Source: Neocallimastix sp. 'constans'
Lineage: Eukaryota
Assembly (NCBI GenBank): GCA_050613775.1
Contig: JBODTK010000113.1
Coordinates: 186,001-250,000 of the forward strand
Reading direction: 5' to 3'
Length of the DNA stretch: 64,000 nt
In this document: positions 26,801-38,700 of the stretch, piece after piece
How positions within the stretch are numbered: the stretch's first letter is position 1
How the letters are laid out: the number at the start of each line of letters is the position of its first letter
The notes under the pieces: generated by a model
Told to the model about the DNA's origin: nothing
The model's database searches: none
Seen by the model: the letters and a program-made list of their open reading frames with translations, nothing else
Translations under genes and position numbers: made by a program

Positions 26801-28650
26801 TATTAGAATAAAAAAAAAGTATAAAAGAAAGAAAAATTTTTATATTTTTTGAACTTCAGACTTTTAAAAAAATTAGAAAAGTTATTTAATTTATAAAAAA
26901 ATTAAATATCTTTGATAATTAACAGTGAGAATAAATTGAAAAAAAGAAGCCATTCAGGTGAAGAAGAAGGAAAAAAAAATTATTAAGGTAATCCTATTGT
27001 AAATAAAATAATTAAAAGTCTCATCATTGGAATCTTTGAAAACCATTGGAAATGAATTAAAAGAAGAAGAAGAAGAAGAAAAAAAGAAGAAATAGTTATT
27101 ACCATGGAATTAGATTCTATCCTACTTTATTTTTATTTGAATTTTGTTTTTAAAATAAATCAGGTATTTATTTTTTATGAACAAATTTTAAATAAAAATG
27201 AAATTATAGTCAAAGCAAAACCCCTGTCTTGTGTTAGACAGTTCCTGCAATCTTTTTTAGCTAATGATTTATTGAATTTGAAAGCCATGACTTTATTTAG
27301 GCAGTTTTCAGCAATAAAAATTGTAAAGTTTTAAAATGCTGTCTAGTGTCAAATCAACAAATATCCATTGATGAACCTAATGTAATTCGAATATTCTAAA
27401 TTAAAAAGAAAACAAACCAAAAATTATCTTTGAAATTTAGACGAATACAGCAATCATTTCTTTTTTTAAAAAAATATTTTTACTATTTTTTTTGTATTAA
27501 AGTTTTGTATTCTTTTCAAAATGAAAGAAAAAGAAAAATAAGTTTTTATTTTAATTCTATTTATATAAAAAAAATACAAATTAAAAAATTTATTTATAAT
27601 TAGTATAATATAAATTTTAATAAAAAATAATAATAAAATTATTATTTTAAATAGAAATAAATATACAAAACAAGTTAATTTAATAAAAGAATTAGCATTC
27701 GTCTAGTATTCAAAAACCAAAGAAAATAAGTTTTTTTATTTAATTCAATTTTATAAATTAAAATGTGAATTAAAGGAATTTATTTCTAAAGCGTATAAAA
27801 TAAAATATATTTGAATTAGGAATAATAGAAATTATAATATATTAAGAAATATATGTAAAACAATATTTCTTTTTATATATTATTTTTAATATTTTTATTT
27901 TAAATATAATATTATAACTAATTAAAATATTGAAATAAATAAAAAAATAAAAGAAAATTTTAAATCAAATGATAATTAATTAATAATAAAAAATGTAAAA
28001 AAAAAAAAAAAAAATAAAGAATATATAAATTATAAAAAAAAAAATTTAATTAAATAAAAGCTCAAATAATATAATCAAATTTAAAAATAAATGTGTTTAT
28101 TTTTGTTATCTATTTTTTGTTTTGTTTTTGTATAATAATAAATAAAAATAGCAATTCTTTTGAAGTTTTTATATATATATATATATTATTTAAAAAATAA
28201 TATTATAATTTTAAAAATGAAAAAAAGTAAAAGTTTAAATAAATGAATGAATGAATAAAATATAAAATAAATATTTTTAAGTAAAATTTTTATTAATCAT
28301 GGTAAAAAAAAAAACAAAAAAAAAAAAACAAAAAAAAAAAGAAAAAGAAAAATTAAAAATTAATAAACTATTATTTTTTTATTATTATTAAATATTTTAT
28401 GAAAAAAGAAAAAAAAAAAGAAATACACAAATAAAAAACAAGTAAAAATGAAATTAATAATTTATTAAATATTTTATATAATTTCTTTCAGATAGACAAT
28501 TCAAACCCTAATCCATAAGGAGGTGAGGTTCGTTGCATATGAACTTTTTTCTAAATTTATTTATACACTTATTTTTGATTATTGCATTTTATTTCAAGTT
28601 AATATTTCAATTATTATTATGTTCAAATTGGATAAATAATATTTATTTAT

Positions 28651-28689
<39 letters not shown>

Positions 28690-28931
28690 TAAAATTAAAA
28701 GTATTCATGTTTATTATAAAAGAATGAATAAATAAATAAAGATTAAAGTTCGCAATAATTACGGCTATAAAAAAAAAATAAAATAAAATAAAACGAGATT
28801 AATTTATAAATAATAAAAATAATATAATTTATATAATTTTAAACATATTTAATTAACTTCATATTCTAACAGTAATTAAGTAAAATTTTTCTTAATAATG
28901 ATTTTGCATTTATTACAGATTTTTTTTTTTT

Positions 28932-29390
28932 GCCATGTTGGTCCAGTCGGTTAGGACGATACAGGTTACTGTAGAGGGCGGGGTTCGAATCCTCGGCATG
29001 GCTCCAAATAATCGGATGAGGTTTCTATCCTGGGATATCATGAGACCACACGTGATGTCCATAAGGCTTTCCCTCAGATGATTATTTCACCCAACCCTGA
29101 TACTACGCTTTGAATTGAAGCATAGACCTTGATGATTGTAAAATTTCCAATCGCCAATGATTACACCCACTAGGGAGGAGTTAATGGTTCCGTTCTGATG
29201 CTCGTGGTCATTAGAGATATATGTAGGAACGTTAGGAATGCATCTCCGGGCAGTGTGTAACGACGTTTGAGAGCGGCGAAGCTGATACAGTATGCCAATA
29301 ACTCATCACCTTACAGTTAATTAATAACTGTATGGCCATATGGGAGATGGGCACCCATATGTGCAAGTCTATGTTTTTTTTTATGTTTTT
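28932..29390 (+). mobile_element. tRNA-derived SINE, ~460 bp, with target-site duplication
   Basis: The head 28932-29006 folds as a cloverleaf: acceptor GCCATGT/GCATGGC, D-stem GTCC/GGAC, T-arm CGGGG-TTCGAAT-CCTCG, followed by T-CCA. The anticodon loop is only 4 nt (TACAG-GTTA-CTGTA). There are 3' hairpins ACAGTTA/TAACTGT and CATATGGG/CCCATATG, a TATG(T)n tail, and a TSD TTACAGATTTTTTTT at 28913 and 29391. The paralogous site near 24097 is empty. Confidence 0.88.
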
Positions 29391-31248
29391 TTACAGATTT
29401 TTTTTATTAAAAAAAGTAAAAAAAAAATTGCCTATATAAAAAAATACAGAAATGAAATTAAAATATATTAAATATTTAATATAATATTATTGGTAAATAT
29501 TTTTTTTAAAAAAAAAAGAATTATTATTTACTTAAATCAAATAGAGATATTACTAAACTTTACCACCAAATATTTTTAATTAATATTATTTTTAAATAAA
29601 TATTAATTATTTGAAAAAATTTACTCTACCACTATTAATAAAACTCTTATTTAATATTTTTATTTATAATTAATAGATATATATATTTTGTTTTATTGGT
29701 AAAAAGATTATTAGTAAAAAACAAAAAAGTATAAAAGAAAGAAAAATTTTCAATTGTTTTGAACTTCAGACTTTTAAAAAAATTAGAAAAGTTATTTAAT
29801 TTAATTTAAAAAGAATTAAATATCTTTGATAATTAGCAGTGAGAAAAAATTGAAAAAAAATACAGAAATTTAAGTGAAGAAGAAAGAAAGAAAAATTTAT
29901 AAAGATAATCTTATTGTATAAAATAATTAAAAGTCTCATCATTGGAATCTTTAAAATCCATTGGAAATGAATTAAAATAAGAAGAAGAAGAAAAGTGGAA
30001 ATATTTACTACTATGGAATTGGATTCTATTCTAAATTTTTATTTGATTTTTGTTTTAAGAATAAATCAGGTATTTATTTTTTATAAACAAATTTTAAATA
30101 AAAATGAAATTTTAATGAAAGCAAAACCCCTGTCTTGTGTTAGACAGTTCCTGCAATCTTTTTTAGCTAAGAATTTATTGAATTTAAAAGCCATGACTTA
30201 ATTTAGACAGTTTTCAGCAATTAAAAAATTTTAAGTTTTAAAATGCTGTCTAGTGTCAAATCAATAAATATCCATTGATGAGCCTAATGTAATTCGAATA
30301 TTCTAAATTAAAAAGAAAACAGACCAAAAATTATCTTTGAAATTTAGACGAATACAGCAATCATTTCTTTTTTTAAAAAAATATTTTTACTATTTTTTTT
30401 GTATTAAAATTTTGAATTCTTTTCAAAATGAAAGAAAAAGAAAAATAAGTTTTAATTTTAATTCTATTTATATAAAATAAAATAAGAATTAAAAAAATTT
30501 ATTAATAATTAATAATATTAATATAAATTTTAATTAAAAATAATAATAAAATTCTTATTTTAATAAGAAATAGATAAAATAAAAAACAAGTTAATTAAAT
30601 ATAAGAATTAGCATTCGTCTAGTATTCAAAAAACCAAAGAAAATAAGTTTTTTTATTTAATTCAATTTTGTAAATAAAAATTTGAATTAAAAGAATTTAT
30701 TTCTAAAGCGTATAAAATAAAATATATTTGATTTAGGAATAATAGAAATTATCATATATTAAGAAATATATGTAAAACAATATTTCTTTTTATATATTAT
30801 TTTTAATATTTTTATTTTAAATATAATATTATAACTAATTAAAATATTGAAATAAATAAAAAAATAAAAGAAATTCTTAAACCAAATAATAATTAATTAA
30901 TAATAAAAAATGTAAAAAAAAAATAATAAATAATATTATAAATTATAAAAAAAAAATTAAATTAAATAAAGCTCAAAAAATATAATCAAATTTAAAAATA
31001 AGTGTGTTTATTTTTGATATCTTTTTTTTTTTTGTTTTTTTTTTATAATAAGTAAAAATAGCAATTCTTTTGAAGTTTATATATATATATATATTTTATT
31101 TAAAAAATAATAATATAATTTTAAAAATGAAAAAAGTAAAAGTTTACAGTAAATAAATTATATATTAAAATGAATGAATTAATGAATAAAATATAGAATA
31201 AATAATTTTTTTTTTTTTTTGTATTATAAGAAAATTTTTCTTAATCAT

Positions 31249-31283
<35 letters not shown>

Positions 31284-31297
31284 AATGTATATATATA

Positions 31298-31335
<38 letters not shown>

Positions 31336-31417
31336 AAAATTAAAAATTAATAATCTATTATTTTTTTTATTATTATTAAATATTTTATAAAAAAAAAAAA
31401 AAAGAAATGTATATATA

Positions 31418-31452
<35 letters not shown>

Positions 31453-34400
31453 AAAATTAAAAATTAATAAACTATTGTTTTTTTTTATTATTATTAAATA
31501 TTTTATAAAAAAAAAAAAAAAAAAAAAAAAAATACACATATAAAAAACAAATAAAAATGAAATTAATAATTTATTAAATATTTATTATTAAATATTTTTT
31601 TAAAAAAAATACTAAATTATTATTTAAACTAAACAAAGATATTTCTAAACTTTACCACCTAATATTTTTTTTTGTATTTTTTTTTAATAAATATTAATTA
31701 TTTGAAAAAATTTACCCTACCATTAATAATAAAAACTCTTATTTAATATTTATATTTATAATTAATAGATATATACATTTTGTTTATACAATATATATTT
31801 TGCTTTATTATTATAGTGATTATTAGAATAAAAAAAAAGTATAAAAGAAAGAAAAATTTTTATATTTTTTGAACTTCAGACTTTTAAAAAAATTTGAGAA
31901 GTTATTTAATTTATAAGAAAATTAAATATCTTTGATAATTCATATTAAAAAAAAATTGTAAAAAAAAGCCATTCAGGTAAAGAAGAAAGGAAAAAAAATC
32001 TTTATTAAGGAAATTTTATTTTAATTAAAAGTCTCATCTTTGGAATCTTTGAAATCCATTGGAAATGAATTAAAAGAAGAAGAAGAAGAAGAAAAAAAGA
32101 AGAAATAGTTACTACCATGGAATTAGATTCTATCCTACTTTATTTTTATTTGAATTTTGTTTTAAGAATAAATCAGGTATTTATTTTTTATGAACAAATT
32201 TTAAATAAAAATGAAACTATAGTCAAAGCAAAACCCCTGTCTTGTGTTAGACAGTTCCTGCAATCTTTTTTAGCTAAGGATTTATTGAATTTGAAAGCCA
32301 TGACTTAATTTAGACAGTTTCAGCAATTAAAAAGTCGTAAATTATAAAGTGCTGTCTAGTGTCAAATCAACAAATATCCATTGATGAGCCTAATGTAATT
32401 CGAATATTCTAAATTAAAAAGAAAAAGAAAACAAACCAAAAATTATCTTTGAAATTTAGACGAATTCAGCAATCATTTCTTTTTTTAAAAAAATATTTTT
32501 ACTATTTTTTTTGTATTAAAGTTTTGAATTCTTTTCAAAATAAAAGAAAAAGAAAAATAAGTTTTAATTTTTAATTCTATTTATATAAAATAAAAATAAT
32601 AATTAAAAAAATTTATTTATAATTAATAGTATAATATAAATTTTAATAAAAAATAATAATAAAATTATTATTTTAAATAGAAATAAATAAAAAAAAAAAC
32701 AAATTAATTAAATAAAAGAATTAGCATTCGTCTAGTATTCAAAAACCAAAGAAAATAAGTTTTTTTATTCAATTCAATTTTATAAATTAAAATTTGAATT
32801 AAAAGAATTTATTTCTTAAATGGATAAAATAAAATATATTTGAATTAGGAATAATAGAAATTATAATATATTATGAAATATATGTAAAACAATATTTCTT
32901 TTTATATATTATTTTTAATATTTTTATTTTAAATATAATATTATAACTAATTAAAATATTAAAATAAATAAAAAAATAAAAGAAATTTATAAACCAAATA
33001 ATAATTAATTAATAATACAATAATAAAAAAAAATGTAAAAGAAGAATTTTTTAAAGCATAAAAAAAAAAAAAATTAAATTAAATAAAGCTCAAATAATAT
33101 AATCAAATTTAAAAATAAGTGTGTTTATTTTTGTTATCTATTTTTTGTTTTGTTTTTGTGTAATAATAAGTAAAAATAGGAACTCTTTTAACGTTTTTTT
33201 TTATTCAATTTTTTTTTATTTAAAAATAATAATGTAAAATTAAAAAATAAAAAAAAGTAAATGGTTATAGTATTAGTATATGAATTTTATATTTAAATGA
33301 ATGAATGAATAAATAAAATATAAAATAAATAATTTTTTATTTATTGTTATAATTAATAATTTTTAATATATTTAATTAACATTATATTTTAATAGTATTT
33401 AAGTAAAAATTTTCCTAATTATGGTTAAAAAAAAATTATTATTTATCATTATTAAGTAATTTGTATATATATATATATATATATATAAAAGAATTATTGA
33501 ATATTTTAAATAGAGATATAATTTTATTAGAAAGATTAAAAGGTTTGATAAAATTTATCTTATTTGTACTATTTGTGGCTTTTTAATAGTAAAATGAATT
33601 TATTTAAATAATAAAACGAAGTATTTCAAATAAAACGAGAATAATTTACAAATAATAAAAAAAATATAATTAATATAATTTTAAACATATAACATTTGTT
33701 CATATTCTAACAATAATTAAGTAAAATTTTTCTTTATCATGGTGTTGCATTTATTACTGATATTTTTATTAAGTAAAAAAATTGCCTATATAAAAAATAC
33801 AGAAATGAAATTAAAAAATATTAAATATTTAATTTTATTAATAAATATTTTTTAAAAAAAAAACTAAATTATTATTTAAATTAAACAAAGATATTACTAA
33901 ACTTTACCACCAAATGTCTTTTTTGTATTATTTTTTAATAAATATTAATTATTTGAAAAAATTTACTTTACCACTAATAATAAAACTTTTATTTAATATT
34001 TATATTTATAATTAATAGATATATACATTTTGTTTATACAATATATATTTTATTTCTTTATTAAAGTGATTATTAGAATAAAAAAAAAGTATAAAAGAAA
34101 GAAAAATTTTTATATTTTTTGAACTTCAGACTTTTAAAAAAATTAGAAAAGTTATTTAATTTAATTTTAAAAGAATTAAATATCTTTGATAATTAGCAGT
34201 GAGAAGAAATTGAAAAAAAATACAGAAATTTAAGTAAAGAAGAAAGAAAGAAAATTTTATAAAGGTAATCCTATTGTAAATAAAATAATTAAAAGTCTCG
34301 TCATTGGAATCTTTGAAAACCATTGGAAATGAATTAAAAGAAGAAGAAGAAGAAGAAAAAAAGAAGAAATAGTTATTACCATGGAATTAGATTCTATCCT

Positions 34401-35716
34401 ACTTTATTTTTATTTGAATTTTGTTTTTAAAATAAATCAGGTATTTATTTTTTATGAACAAATTTTAAATAAAAATGAAATTATAGTCAAAGCAAAACCC
34501 CTGTCTTGTGTTAGACGGTTCCTGCAATCTTTTTTAGCTAATGATTTATTGAATTTGAAAGCCATGACTTAATTTAGGCAGTTTCAACAATAAAAATTGT
34601 AAAGTTTTAAAATGCTGTCTAGTGTTAAATCAACAAATATCCATTGATGAGCCTAATGTAATTCGAATATTCTAAATTTAAAAGAAAACAAACCAAAAAT
34701 TATCTTTGAAATTTAGACGAATTCAGCAATCATTTCTTTTTTTAAAAAAATATTTTTACTATTTTTTTTTTTATTAAAGTTTTGAATTCTTTTCAAAATG
34801 AAAGAAAAAGAAAAATAAGTTTTAATTTTAATTCTATTTATATAAAATAAAATAAAATTAAAAAAATTTATTTATAATTAATAATATAAATATAAATTTT
34901 AATAAAAAATAATAATAAAATTATTATTTTAAATAGAAATAAATTAAAAAAACAAGTTAATTAAATAAAAGAATTAGCATTCGTCTAGTATTCAAAAAAC
35001 CAAAGAAAATAAGTTTTTTATTTAATTCAATTTTATAATTAAAAATTCGAATTAAAAGAATTTATTTCTAAAACGTATAAAATAAAATATATTTGAATTA
35101 GGAATAATGGAAATTATAATATATTAAGAAATATATGTAAAACAATATTTCTTTTTATATATTATTTTTAATATTTTTATTTTAAATATAATATTATAAC
35201 TAATTAAAATATTAAAATAAATAAAAAAATAAAAGAAATTTATAAACCAAATAATAATTAATTAATAATACAATAATAAAAAAAATGTAAAAGAAGAATT
35301 TTTTAAAGCATAAAAAAAAAAAAAATTAAATTAAATAAAGCTCAAATAATATAATCAAATTTAAAAATAAGTGTGTTTATTTTTGTTATCTATTTTTTGT
35401 TTTGTTTTTGTGTAATAATAAGTAAAAATAGGAACTCTTTTAACGTTTTTTTTTATTCAATTTTTTTTTTATTTAAAAATAATAATGTAAAATTAAAAAA
35501 TAAAAAAAAGTAAATGGTTATAGTATTAGTATATGAATTTTATATTTAAATGAATGAATGAATAAATAAAATATAAAATAAATAATTTTTTATTTATTGT
35601 TATAATTAATAATTTTTAATATATTTAATTAACATTATATTTTAATAGTATTTAAGTAAAAATTTTCCTAATTATGGTTAAAAAAAAATTATTATTTATC
35701 ATTATTAAGTAATTTG

Positions 35717-35747
<31 letters not shown>

Positions 35748-38700
35748 ATTATTGAATATTTTAAATAGAGATATAATTTTATTAGAAAGATTAAAAGGTT
35801 TGATAAAATTTATCTTATTTGTACTATTTGTGGCTTTTTAATAGTAAAATGAATTTATTTAAATAATAAAACGAAGTATTTCAAATAAAACGAGAATAAT
35901 TTACAAATAATAAAAAAAATATAATTAATATAATTTTAAACATATAACATTTGTTCATATTCTAACAATAATTAAGTAAAATTTTTCTTTATCATGGTGT
36001 TGCATTTATTACTGATATTTTTATTAAGTAAAAAAATTGCCTATATAAAAAATACAGAAATGAAATTAAAAAATATTAAATATTTAATTTTATTAATAAA
36101 TATTTTTTAAAAAAAAAACTAAATTATTATTTAAATTAAACAAAGATATTACTAAACTTTACCACCAAATGTCTTTTTTGTATTATTTTTTAATAAATAT
36201 TAATTATTTGAAAAAATTTACTTTACCACTAATAATAAAACTTTTATTTAATATTTATATTTATAATTAATAGATATATACATTTTGTTTATACAATATA
36301 TATTTTATTTCTTTATTAAAGTGATTATTAGAATAAAAAAAAGTATAAAAGAAAGAAAAATTTTCATATTTTTTGAACTTCAGACTTTTAAAAAAATTAG
36401 AAAAGTTATTTAATTTAATTTTAAAAGAATTAAATATCTTTGATAATTAGCAGTGAGAAGAAATTGAAAAAAAATACAGAAATTTAAGTAAAGAAGAAAG
36501 AAAGAAAATTTTATAAAGGTAATCCTATTGTAAATAAAATAATTAAAAGTCTCGTCATTGGAATCTTTGAAAACCATTGGAAATGAATTAAAAGAAGAAG
36601 AAGAAGAAGAAAAAAAGAAGAAATAGTTATTACCATGGAATTAGATTCTATCCTACTTTATTTTTATTTGAATTTTGTTTTTAAAATAAATCAGGTATTT
36701 ATTTTTTATGAACAAATTTTAAATAAAAATGAAATTATAGTCAAAGCAAAACCCCTGTCTTGTGTTAGACAGTTCCTGCAATCTTTTTTAGCTAAAGATT
36801 TATTGAATTTGAAAGCCATGACTTAATTTAGACAGTTTTCAGCAATTAAAAAGTCGTAAATTATAAAGTGCTGTCTAGTGTCAAATCAACAAATATCCAT
36901 TGATGAGCCTAATGTAATTCGAATATTCTAAATTTAAAAGAAAACAAACCAAAAATTATCTTTGAAATTTAGACGAATACAGCAATCATTTCTTTTTTTA
37001 AAAAAATATTTTTACTATTTTTTTTGTATTAAAGTTTTGAGTTCTTTTCAAAATAAAAGAAAAAGAAAAATAAGTTTTAATTTTTAATTCTATTTATATA
37101 AAATAAAAATAAGAATTAAAAAAATTTATTTATAAATAATAATATAAATATAAATTTTAATAAAAAATAATAATAAAATTATTATTTTAAATAGAAATAA
37201 ATTAAAAAAAAAAAAAACAAGTTAATTAAATCAATAAATTAGCATTCGTCTAGTATTCAAAAAACAAAAGAAAATAAGTTTTTTTATTCAATTCAATTTT
37301 ATATGTTAAAATTTGAATTAAAAAATTTATTTCTAAAGCGTATAAAATAAAATATATTTGAATTAGGAATAATGGAAATTATAATATATTAAGAAATATA
37401 TGTAAAACAATATTTCTTTTTATATATTATTTTTAATATTTTTATTTTAAATATAATATTATAACTAATTAAATATTAAAATAAAGAAAAAAATAAAATA
37501 AAATTTTAAATAAAATAAAATAATGATTAATTAATAATACAATAATAAAAAAAAAAATGTAAAAGAAGAATTTTTTAAAATATAAAAAAAAAATTAAATT
37601 AAATAAAGCTCAAATAATATAATCAAATTAAAAAATAAGTGTGTTTATTTTTGTTATTTATTTTTTGTTTTGTTTTTGTATAATAATTAAGTAAATATAG
37701 GAATTCTTTAAAAGTTTTTTATTTTTTTATTCAATTTTTTTTATTTAAGAATAATAATGTAAAATTAAAAAATAATAAGAAGTAAATGTTTATAATATTA
37801 GTATATAAATTTTATATTTAAATAAATGAATGAATAAATAAAATTTAAAATAAATAATTTTTTATTTATTGTTATATTTAATAATATTTAATATATTTAA
37901 CATTATATAATATATTCTAGTAGTATATAAGTAAAAATTTTCAAATAAAAATATTATTAATTTAATAAAAAATTAAAGTATTTTTCAATAAAGATTTAAT
38001 AAAAATTCATCTATTATATAAACTTTTATATAAATACAAGTCCGTCTGGATTTTCCTTTTTATTTATTTCGTTAAGGCAATGATACAATTTACAACAATA
38101 ATTTTTAATAATTATGGTAAAAAAAAAAAAAAAAAAAAAAGGAAAAAAAAAAATAAAAATTAATAAAATATTATTTATAATTATAAGTATTATATATATA
38201 TATAAAAGAATTATTGAATATTTTAAATAGAGATATAATTTTATTAGAAAGATTAAAAGGTTTGATAAAATTTATCATATTTGTACTATTCGTGGTTTGT
38301 TAATAATACAATGAATTTATTTAAAGAATAAAACAATGTATTTCAAATAAAACGAGAATAATTTACAAATAATAAAAATAATTAATTAATATATTTTTAA
38401 ACATATTTATATGTCTTAATATTCTAACCATAATTAAGTAAAATTTTTCTTAATCATAGTATTGCATTTGTTATTGATTTTGTTATTAGAAAGAGTAAAA
38501 ATAATTGCCTATATAAAACAATGCAGAAATAAAATTAATAATTTATTAAATATTTAATATAATTTTATTATTAAATTTTTTTTAAAATAATTAATGAATT
38601 ATTATTTACTTAAATTAAATAGAGATATTACTAAACTTTACCACCAAATATTTTTTTTATATTATTTTTTAATAAATATTAATTATTTGAAAAAATTTAC

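Noticed and set aside
28932..29006. Functional tRNA gene
   Set aside because: The anticodon loop is 4 nt, and the sequence is fused to a 3' body and flanked by a TSD, so it is a SINE head.
337..31539. Minus-strand and other F/I/Y/K-rich short ORFs (337, 7966, 9074, 24502, 25468, 31165)
   Set aside because: Low-complexity products of AT-rich DNA, not conserved as open frames across units.
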